In this document: positions 54,221 to 64,000 of the stretch, piece after piece
Layout: the number at the start of each line of letters is the position of its first letter
Numbering within the stretch: position 1 is the stretch's first letter
Assembly (NCBI RefSeq): GCF_009834535.1
Contig: NC_045697.1
Coordinates: 98,024,001-98,088,000 of the forward strand
Direction: 5' to 3'
Length of the DNA stretch: 64,000 nt
DNA from: Camelus ferus
Lineage: Eukaryota
Program-made: the position numbers and the translations under genes
The notes under the pieces: generated by a model
Told to the model about the DNA's origin: nothing
The model's input: only the letters and a program-made list of their open reading frames with translations
The model's database searches: none

Positions 54221-54276
54221 AAAGTTAAATATAGATAAGCCTAAGGCTGAAAAATAATTTAAGACACCATGTAGTC

Positions 54277-54400
54277 TAGTGGTTCCCCCAAACTAGTTTT
54301 GTATCACTGTTACCAGTATGGAGCTTTATAGAGATTTTAGGACCTCACTTCAAATTTATTAGATCAGAATCTCTGTGAATGTTGTCCAGAAAACTATTTC
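54277..54400. mobile_element. MER5-like fragment
   Basis: 'tagtggttcccccaaact...gatcagaatctctg'. Confidence 0.5.
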
Positions 54401-54515
54401 CAATCCAATATATTATTTTTATTAATGATACTTCTATAAGTCACTTGGTAATATCTCACAGCAGCAACACAAAAACTAGAACCTTACCTTTCATATACGT
54501 CAGCTTGAGCTTGTC

Positions 54516-54924
54516 TGTTATATACTATTGTGAAGGAAAAGCTGGGCTGGTCTAACAAGATAACTCACAAGTCTAAGTATTGGAATACTGATCTGAGTTC
54601 TGCTGGACTAACTTGTAAATCTAAGTTTATCAGTGTTGGTTTGCTGTTTATGTTTTTTGCTAGCCAGCTGGATTTTCAAAGATACATATCTGGCTTTGGA
54701 ATGTTGGTTTGCTGCCTCCCTGCCTCCACTTTTGTGATGATAATGCTGCTAAAGCTGTTCCATGCCTATTGGCCTGGAAAATAAATAAAACCTCATGTGC
54801 ACATCTTGAAGGTGCTCAGAGCTTCGGAGCAGAAGCCGCTCTGAGCCCGCCGGCGTAATACATCTGAGTACTCCAACCCTCCAAGTGGTGCTTGTTTCTT
54901 GACTGGCCTGTCGTTTCTGTAACA
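54516..54924 (+). mobile_element. relatively young ERV1 solo LTR
   Basis: Termini tgttata...tgtaaca; TSD tgtc/tttc. TATA-like 'aaataaaa' near 54783. CpG-retaining R region 'gagcccgccggcgtaatacat'. Confidence 0.75.
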
Positions 54925-55221
54925 TTTCATCTCCATGGTTAACTACAATGTTGTATTCAGAGTGTCCTTCAGAGTCTGATTAGTTATTTATTTGTTTTTA
55001 AACATGGTGTGGTCTGATTCTATACACTTGGTAAATCTCACTATCTTTCTCCTTACTGCAGATTCTTTATGGCAGACAATACCCAAGCACATATTTTGCC
55101 CACTTTCTACAGATTCTTCCTATTACATTCTCAGTTTTGTTTATAGACAGAGCTAAATCAAAAACCCAGACATACCAGCTTCAATAAAAGCACATTAAAA
55201 AATAACTTCAATGTAAACTTG

Positions 55222-56370
55222 TACTTCTAAGTAAGATGGAGTAACAAGAACCATATTTTCTTGTCTGAAACAACTGAAAATCCAGACAAAATATATAAAA
55301 CAACAGTTCTTAAGACATTGGACATAAGGGGGTCTGAAATAAGGAAGTTTAGAGCATGCTACTTCAAAGTATGTTGGTTTGGTATGTTGAGTATTTTGAG
55401 CTAAAGGCATCTGAAAAACATCAGATTCAAGAAAAATCTGCTGATCTCCCCTTTTCTTCCTAATAAGCAAGAGGTAAAAATCCCAAGGAAAGGTGCCCTT
55501 CGTGTGCCAAGAGGAAAAGAACATTCTTATCATGAAAAACAGGGTCAAGGCTAAGAGAAATCTATACAAACAGATCTTGTTAAAATAACCCTCCCTTTCC
55601 TTTAGCTTCCCCTATGTGTTAATTACTTTTCAACAATTACTACTGTTTGTTCAACCTAGTATATGAGCACTTAGGCCTAATCATTTGGGACTTTATTTTC
55701 CCACTGAAGGTTCACAAGCACATGTAAAAATAAAACTTGTATGCTTTTCTCCTGTTGCTCTTTCTTATGTCAACTTCATTCTCAGGCTTAGCTGGAGATC
55801 TTAAGAGGGCATTAGAAAAGTTTTATCTCCCTCCTCAATGAATGACAGTGATCCTTGCAAAATAGGAAATAAATAAGATAGTGCCTACTATGTCCCAGCT
55901 TACTTCCTTAAGTAGAGTTTCCAGGCCAATAGTGTAGAGAGAGGAAAGCTGGGTCAAGCTAAAATGAGTTCAAGTCATACAAAATACCTTCTCTGACCAC
56001 AATGGAATTAAATTAGAAATCAACAATAGAGGGATCTCTGGAAAACCTCCAAATATTTGGAAACTGAATAACACTCTACTAAATAACCCATGGGTCAAAG
56101 GAGAAATCAAAAGTGAAATTAGAAACTATTTTAAATTAAATAAAAATGTTCATATCAAAATTTGTGTGATGCAGCCAAAGCAATACATGAGGAAAATTTA
56201 TAGCACTAATTTGCCTGTATTAGCAAAAACAAAGGTATCAGTTTCCAACTGAAGAATAAGAAAAGCAAAATAAATCTAAAGTAATTAGAGAAAAGAAAAA
56301 GATCAGAGTGGAAATCAATGAAACAGAAATCAGTAAAACAATAGAGAAAGTGAACTGCTAAGACCAAAAT
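55222..56370 (+). mobile_element. old LINE-1 5' fragment joined to an ORF2 fragment, interrupted by an LTR
   Basis: 'gaaacaactgaaaatccagacaaaatatata...aagacattggacat' 5' motif; 'ttctctgaccacaatggaattaaattagaaatcaac' (endonuclease SDH motif). Confidence 0.75.
55340..55837 (+). mobile_element. ERV1 solo LTR (MER34-like)
   Basis: 'gagcatgctacttcaaagtatg..tttggtatgttgagtattttgagctaaaggca', 'ataaaacttgtatgcttttctcctgtt', end 'ttttatctccctcctca'. Confidence 0.75.
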
Positions 56371-57463
56371 CTGTGAAAGTGTTATTTCCTTTTTGGGTCA
56401 AATGTAATTGAATTTCTGATTTTAAAAAAAATTGATACTTTCAAGAATCTTGCATTTACTAATGAAGAGAGAAAAACATTGATAATAATTATCACTGAAA
56501 TCAATCAGAGAGGAAGAATACCTCCTTGTCAGAGTATGGACAGTCTGTTCACTTCTTTCATTTATTTATCACTATTATCTGCCCCACTTTTCTCAAAAGC
56601 CTCTTGTCAGAATAAAATAAAATAAAGTAATGTGTCTGGAAAAAGTTTTTCATATAAGGTGTCTAAAGTTTCTAATACATTGAACAAGACTCACAGGGTG
56701 AAATGGAAAACAACTTTATTCTTTTCTTGAGTCTGCTGTATGCATCCATTCAAAGGTGATTATTCCAACTTCAAGTCCCCCTCCCATACTTTCATCTTAC
56801 ATGGCATCTAGGGAAAGTCCCATTTTTCTGATAAAGCTCACATAATTAAAAAGCCTTCTTCAGTCTCCCAGGCAGTTCTGGGATATTAATGACTATGTTC
56901 TGCCCAGTGTAATACCACTTCTGTATTTAATTCAGTGCTAAAGCTTCTTCCCTGATTCATATTTTCCATCTACAGTGGAGGAAGCTAGAATGAATGATTG
57001 TCTCCTTCTCTTTTTCTCCTCTTTATATTTCAAAATCTCTTCCCTCTGCTCGCTATTATGAATGTGTTACCTTTCCAGACTCTAAACAGAGGAGGTAGAG
57101 CCTAGGAAAAAGAGCAGGATAGGTCCTACATAATAGGTACCAGTGTGGCTGTATTGGAGTTTAAAGCAGATCCTTTCCTTTATTAGAGCATTCATGGGTT
57201 CTTGGGAGACCCTCATCACAAGAAAACTTAACAGTTCTCAATGCAGATACTCCTTGGATGATTGCTTAGAATTCTTCTCTAAGCCCTTGGGCCTCTGGCT
57301 GTATACTTCCAACATCTTTCTGCTGAGTTTTCTTTGCCCTTTCAAGCAGTTTTCTTGAACAAGACCTAAAATGACCCTATACCTCTCCTTCTCTCCTATG
57401 GCTCACAATCTGTCCCTGGGAAACTGACTACACTCTGCTGTCATTAGGAGTGCAATTACATGC

Positions 57464-57910
57464 TGTATTAGTTTTCTAGGGCTGCCCTAACAAACTAACA
57501 CAAACTGGGTGGATTAAAATAATAGAAATGTATCATCTCCCAATTCTGGAGACTAGAAGTCCAAAAGAAGGTGTTGGCAGGGCCATGCTCACACAGAAAC
57601 CTGTAGGAGAAAATCACTCCTGGCCTCTTCTAACTTCTGGTATTTGCCAGTAATCCGTGGTGTTCCTTGTTTTCAGATACATCACTCCAATCTCCTCCGC
57701 TGTCATCACACAGTCATTTTCTCCCTGGGGTATCTGTCTCTTCTCTTCTTATAAGGACACTAGTATTATTGAATTAGGACCCACCATAATTCAGTATTGT
57801 GTCATCTTGACTGATTACATCTACAAAGACTACTTCCAAATTACAGTTATTAGTATTGGTGTTTGGGACTTCAACATAGTTTTGGAGGAGAAGCAATTCA
57901 GTCCATAACA
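57464..57910 (-). mobile_element. MaLR solo LTR (MLT1C-like)
   Basis: 'tgtattagttttctagggctgcc', 'ggtgttggcagggccatgctc', 'cttcttataaggacac', end 'caattcagtccataaca'. Confidence 0.9.
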
Positions 57911-60529
57911 CATAGCCACCATCCCAAGGATAGCTCTACTGCCACTGGATCCTCAAGCTGATGCTCACCTTTTGCTTTTCTTAAGCATGATTCAAGTACC
58001 AATCCTCAATGTCCCTCAAGATCTCCGAATGATTTCTTTACAGCTCCTTTTACTGCACTGAAGTGAGAGGAAAACACCCCCTAACCACGCAACACCCACT
58101 TCCTTTAAAGTCCCACAGAGATGGTTCAGCATCTCCTTTCGGACCATGGGCACAGTTAGCATCTATTACATTAGGATTTCAGTTAAAATTGAAGCTGAAA
58201 TAGCTCAGTATTTATATACACAACTGTGAGAGTAGTTTAACAATACTTCTGTTAAAGCAGATGCATCCCAAGCACGTATGTCATTAGAAATTTCATTCTC
58301 AAAGGTTTAAATAAAAAGCATACATCCCCCAAAGTAAGAGCTTTTGCCTTCTCTGTTGCTTCCTTAATGGGTAAAGCCAGATGATCTTTATTAAAAAGTC
58401 ATGTGGTATTACTGGCTCATAAATACATAGTGTGATCATGAGTAATAAACCTAAAAGCACAATAACTAAAATCAATAAATCATTCAGAAGACTAAAATTA
58501 GCCTGCACCCTAAAAGGCATCCCTCTAAATGATTTTTGTTAAATAAAATGGGTAATTTGACATCTTTCACCTAATTGGCTTGTAGGTGAAGTTCAGATGA
58601 GAATTAAAATGGCTGAAAACAAGCATAAAAGAGCATAAGTGAAGGTAGAAACTTAAGGAATAGGAATAATCAAGAAACTAACCCTTAAGAATCACTGAAT
58701 ACACTTAAAATAATAAAAGGTAGAGCAAAAAGTAGCTCTATTTCACGTCTCATGAAGACAACTAACTTTTGTAGAATCTATCATGAGAAAATTATTAGCT
58801 TCACACATAAAAGCTAAGATTAAATGACTGCATTTGTAGCCATTCTTGAGATGTGGGAGGTACATGATCACACAGTTACAGCATGCGCCACAGCCCACTG
58901 AATAGTTCACGGCCCCAGTGGTCATAATTGTTTCTGCTAAGTGCCAAGAGCTATATGAACTCTACTTCAGACAGAATAATAGTTACTTCTTTTCTAAGTT
59001 CCATCAGATAATATCTCTTTTTCTGCCAATATATACATCCATTTGAGCTTTTAATCTAATTGCACATGTCCAAACTAATCATTGGGTCAAAAAAGCTACT
59101 TTGTACTATTAAAAATTTTTGTATCCACGTACAGTAACAGCTCTCCCTCCTCTGACTGCATCTACACACACTTAAAATGATTTCCTAATATATGCTTTAT
59201 TCAATGACATCAAATCACATTATTGTCTGATTATCCTTTTTGTGAGTCAGGCCAGCATCAGTGACTTCCTGCGACACATACAAAGCTAGAATTACAAAAT
59301 TTGGGGGGGGGGGGAAACCAGCTGTGACATTCTCTCACTTCCTGTTTCACCCACCCTAACCTCAAGCTCTTTGAGACTCTTCATTCTTGCATAGAATTGG
59401 TTTCCACCAGGCTCTGTTTAGCTCCCATTTCATGATTGAAAGTTGTCAAACTTTGATCTCAGCTCTAGCTCATTATCCAAACTTTCTGTCACTTTGAATG
59501 GGTTTTTAAAACACATGCTGTGTTTGAGCAAAAATACTTCAAGCAATTTGGGGTTCACTGACCTGGGACTACATGAACAACCTTAGAAAATTTGGGAGGG
59601 AGAAGCAACAGTTTTCACTCCTTTACATTTACCTTTTCTAAGTGTCATTTTCTCCCTCTTCTTGTCTGCCTTCCTCTGCCGACAAGTTGCCTTCTATTCT
59701 CCAGCAATCTGGTACTAACGTGAAGCTCAATGTGAAAATGACCTAAATTCATATACAACATGCATTATATGTTTAATAAGTTGTACCTTATGGATATTTA
59801 CACTCCTAAATAATACTATAAATAAAAGGAAGAAGCTCTTCCAAAATGAAAATCAGTACAAAAATCAGTGAATTCTAAAACTGGAAGAAACATGAATCTT
59901 TCTTCCTTGGATCTCACTGAATTCAGTTGTTCAACAGATATTTTTTGAGGGCCAATAGGTACTTTGATGATGTTTACATTCCTTTATTTTATCCCAATCT
60001 GTTCTATACCTGCATTAGTTGGACATTTGTGTATTTCACTCTGACTGAAATTCTTTCAGACTAGAATCCTAGCTTATTTAGTACTCATATGATAAATGCT
60101 TAAGGAATTGAATTCAGTCCTATCCAGCTCTTCACTGTATGGGAAAGAGAACACTAGAATGTTTGGGGACTTTGCCAATATCATACAGAAGGTCAGTGAA
60201 AAACAGATGAAAATCACTAGCATTTTCAGCATTGGTATAGAAAACCACTTTTTGCATAATGCCAATTGTCAAGTCATATCATATTGGCTACCCATCTATT
60301 CCACCTAAATGGAAGAAAGGTCTTATTTTTTAAATACATATGATTCAAAATTGATCTTTATCACTAGTTTATTTTAAAATTGTTAATTTATACTTTTAAT
60401 ATGTGCTTTATCACAATGATTAGGCTATTCCTTGTCCCAAAGTGTTACAGAGGTTTTTTAATACAATTTTGCAATGTGCTTTGACAGGATCACTGGCAAG
60501 ACAAGCCTCCCTGTGTTTACATTTGTAAG

Positions 60530-60835
60530 ACAAGCCTCAGTTTTAAGAGGAATGATGTAAACTGAGAATAATATGGGAGGAGGGTGACCAGGCTGGCAGA
60601 GGATGTAAACACACTGGTATGGAAAATGGCTGGACTGTTAGGAAATTTTGGACCTTGAGTGTCAAGATTTCAGGGGGCCTATAAATGCTATTTTCAAATC
60701 TTTGGAAGTATTCAATATGGTAAATAAATATATATTTTTAGGTCTATCCTCAGAGACAAGAATATAACCAAAGTTTTTGTGAAGTGAAAGGAAACCAGAT
60801 TACCATCAGTTTAAGTGTAATTCATTTACCAAATC
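60530..60835 (+). mobile_element. CR1/L3 3' fragment
   Basis: 'cagttttaagaggaatgatgtaaactgag...gagggtgaccaggctgg...gctattttcaaatctttggaag'. Confidence 0.6.
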
Positions 60836-61633
60836 AACTGGACTCAAATAGAAAAGACAGCAGGTGCAAACAGAAAGAAAGCAGGGAAGGAAGGAAAGGA
60901 AAGAAGGGGAAGAAGAAAAATTTCCCCTCTGCCCATTCAGACACTCTAAGGGCATTCCTCTCTGCCCAGAAATGATGACATCTAGGGCCAGCCTCTTAGA
61001 TCCATTTAGTCACAAGAACAATCCCATTTCAGTAACTGTAAAAGTCCCGTTCAACAACATAAAGATTCTGAACCTTACCTCTTTGACGCTCTCCTCTCCT
61101 GCCCTGCCCCAGTATCAGGACTGGAAGTCAGAAATGTGTGAGTAACTTCCTAATTACTCCTCTCTCTTCCTAGCTACCCCTCCTCTCCTCACTCCCTGGC
61201 TACTCATTTGATGGCTCCAGGGTCAGACCCAAGTAGTGAGAGAGGGTTAGGAGGAAATGGCTTGGTTGTGTGAGGTTGATAGAGATACTATCAGGGCTTT
61301 TACGATGATCGATCATCTCACTGGTGTTTTTATAGCTCTTCTACTGAGGATTTCCATCTGCAGGTCACTCAACCTGAGCAAGTCTGCTTCCCCAGCTGGC
61401 TGATTACGGTTACTCCAGGCTCCAGTGGTACCCTCTGCTGAGGTCTCCTTGCCCCTTTAGTCAGTCCTTTTGGGTAACACTCCTTTCAACCTGACCTACA
61501 ACCAGTTCCCTTCAGCAGGATTTAAGTCTACATGTTGGGGAGGACACAGCTAGAGCAAAGGCACCTCATTCCCAGAGATTCTCTTCCCTCTGCCACCAGG
61601 AAGGGGCAGCTGCAGACACAGCCTCCATAAGAC

Positions 61634-62306
61634 TGCAACCCAACAGGACCCTAGGGGACCTCCCTGGGAAAGACGCCTCCCCCCATGTCCTCTGCCTGCC
61701 TCTTGTTTGTAGAAAAGCTGTCGTCTCCCAGGCCTCCCCTGAGTCACAAAAGCCTGGCTCAAGAGTTAATGATTGAAAGAATGTGAACATGCAGTAACAG
61801 AAGTAGCAGCTGGGCCAGGAGAACTGGTAAGAATTTAAACAGTAAATCAGCCATATGGCAGTCACAGAATCGTTAGTTCCTCCCTGAAATACATAGATAA
61901 CACTATTTGATGCACATTTCCTGAGCTGTTTTACAGATACCAAAACCCCCACCAGATGGAAGAAGTTAACTATATGATGACCATGAGCATTTAGCTCCCA
62001 GACCAGCTGGAGCCTAAGGATTGATAGTGTTATAACCTCTGTGACACTGCCCTGTTACCTCACCATCTACCAATCAGAGAATTGTGTACCAGCTGATCAC
62101 ACTCCCTGAGACTCCCCTCCCTCATCTGGCCTTTAAAAATGCTTCTCTGAAACCCATTGGGGAGTTCGGGTTTTTTTGACTGTTAGCTGCCCCAGACTCC
62201 TTGTACAAGCCCTGCAATAAACGCTGCACTTTCCTTTACCACAGTCTGATGTCAATAGATTAGCTTTACTGTGGGGGCAAGCAGACCTAAGTTTGGTTTG
62301 GTAAGA
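61634..62306 (+). mobile_element. ERV1 solo LTR (cetartiodactyl-type)
   Basis: Start 'tgcaacccaacaggaccct'; CCAAT 'ccaatcagag'; TATA 'ctttaaaaa'; polyA 'caataaac'; end 'tttggtaaga'; TSD agac/aggc. Confidence 0.85.
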
Positions 62307-63534
62307 AGGCTATTTAATAATAACTCGAGTAACAGGTCTTCAAACATCAAAAGCTTGACCAACACATATGTCAGTTAGGGAAATCTCTCATTCATTGAAA
62401 TATGAAACCTCACTCATCTCATTCATTGAAATTGGATCCTTCCTGAAGCCTTTTCACTTAGAGTGTGGAGGAAAGTATCTACTCTTTCCCGCCTCCCTCT
62501 GTCCCCAGTAACACACAGAAAACATTCTCCAAAGAAGTTTCTTCCCTAAAGCCTCTTCAACCTCTATCTTTTACACATGCCTGTGGGTAGGCAGACCCAG
62601 GTTAGGATCACCCATCTTACAAGTCTAGCTCCTTGATGTGGAATGTTTTCTTCTCCAATCTGGGCCTCTGGAGAAAACAGAAAATTCCACTGAACATCCT
62701 GTTGCTTACATAAAATGTCTTAATAATTAGAGTGGTTCAGAAAATGTAATTGTCAGCATTGTGAACACTGAAAGAGTTCAAATAGAGGCTAGATCTTGAT
62801 CAGACACTGTCAGTCTCCAGCACAGACTGGGAAGTCAATCATCTCAAAGGTACTTTTTAGCCCTTAAAACTTAAGACAGGCTGCCTCTGTATAGGAGGAG
62901 CTGAGAGGTTTCCCTAGTTTTCAAGGACAAACAGAGGGAAGAACATCAACAGAAAATCAGAATATGATGCAACTCAATACACATCTCCACATATCCTACT
63001 TGGCTATCATTTGATCTCTCCTCATTTTGTTTGAATTGGCATATCATGACAGCACCAAGCTTGTTATTTCAACTTTAGCATAAAATCCCTAGAGGGATAA
63101 AAGGAGAGTTCTGGGTTCAGATACACCAAGGATTTACATAATCAAAAACAGTTTAAAAATAAAACAGTAACAACACTGGCATAGTTAAGTAGTGTGGCAA
63201 TATTCAACATCAGTCTATTTCAAAATAATTACTAATAATTACAATAATAACAATTAACATAATCTTTCCTTCCTTTCCTTCAGGCTCCTTCATTCTAATT
63301 GCACTTTAGTATTTTTTCTTAGGCCAGATTTTATCAAACACAATCAGGGTCCTTTTTTGCCTCTCACAAAATTGCTTTGGTTTGATTTTTGTTCAGAAAC
63401 GAAAAGAAATACTTAAACTCTACGTTAGCTTTTTCCTAATTGTCTTGTTCTGAAGTTCACCAACATATGCACTTTTTTGCTCTTTCTGAGAAAAACTGGT
63501 TGCAAATTCATTACTTCTCTGGTTCTAAGGAATT

Positions 63535-63573
63535 CACACACACACACACACACACGCGCGGGCGCACGCACAC
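63535..63573. repeat. (CA)n-(CG)n compound repeat
   Basis: cacacacacacacacacacacgcgcgggcgcacgcacac. Confidence 0.95.
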
Positions 63574-63972
63574 TATGTGAACAATGTAGATTTTCTGCCA
63601 GTTGCATAAGGAGACTGTTAACATTTCATACTCCACAACAAAGCACTTAAAACTCCTCAGATATTTTTGCCTCTAACATCCTCTTCAGCTAAACCTCCAT
63701 GGACGATTTTTTTTTTTTCTTTCTTTCTTCTTCTTTTGGTCTCTCCTTTCCTTCCTGCAATATTAGACTCTGGATTCTTTACTCCTCTCTCCGGTATTTC
63801 CCTCAGAAACTTCCAGTTCTTCTTTCCGTTATATGTGGAGTAAATTCACTCTACCTCAGTACCAGGAATTTTGAACATCTGAACATAACCCCGAGATGTT
63901 GCACAGTCTCTTTTAATACCTCCTGCCTTCCCGAGAATCCATTGTAGCCACCACCTCTGATCTTCGGAACAT

Positions 63973-64000
63973 GCTCACCTGGCGTCCCTTCCCTCATCCC
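63973..64000 (-). other. candidate splice donor; putative exon continues beyond the right edge
   Basis: Minus strand reads ...gacgccag|gtgagc (junction 63979/63978); CpGs become more frequent in the last ~500 bp. Confidence 0.35.

Noticed and set aside
54810..54924. CpG-rich patch as a CpG-island promoter or isolated R-U5 insertion
   Set aside because: It is the 3' part of a complete solo LTR (54516-54924) with terminal inverted repeats and a TSD
40330..59314. Poly-G runs (about 40330 and 59303) as functional G-quadruplexes
   Set aside because: Simple homopolymer expansions, one inside an MLT1 LTR; nothing else supports a function
60950..62640. Possible older LTR flanking the ERV1 LTR (also unexplained GC-richer tracts near 7.3-8.0, 24.1-24.4 and 46.5-47.2 kb)
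   Set aside because: Composition suggests decayed LTRs, but I could not identify termini or diagnostic motifs
167..63947. ORF-track ORFs (60-144 aa) as host genes
   Set aside because: Short, low-complexity or antisense to repeats, with no recognisable domains. The recognisable ones (about 5.7, 11.7-12.1, 19.5, 20.3, 42.0 and 42.9 kb) are broken L1 ORF2 pieces.

Overview
AT-rich, CpG-depleted eutherian mammal genomic DNA (intronic or intergenic), not prokaryotic. I can support no host protein-coding exon, RNA gene or CRISPR array. The only ORF-track proteins I recognise are decayed LINE-1 ORF2 fragments. About half the window is transposon fossils: L1 (old L1M-type plus younger cetartiodactyl-type 3' ends), L2, MIR, CR1/L3, MaLR and ERV1 solo LTRs, and hAT/Tc-Mar DNA elements. 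Cetartiodactyl-type L1 ends with no recognisable young SINE suggest a camelid (inference). Family names come from remembered consensus sequences, not a search; boundaries of old elements are approximate. The most notable structures are: a ~235-bp ancient inverted repeat at 52.2-52.5 kb next to a highly decayed CR1 reverse-transcriptase fossil; a post-insertion 90-bp templated duplication inside an L1; two L1s stacked at one target site with a 3' transduction; an L1 with a non-standard 3' end; and a twin-primed inverted L1. A minus-strand splice donor at the right edge hints that the window is an intron. I found no convincing novel multi-gene system.
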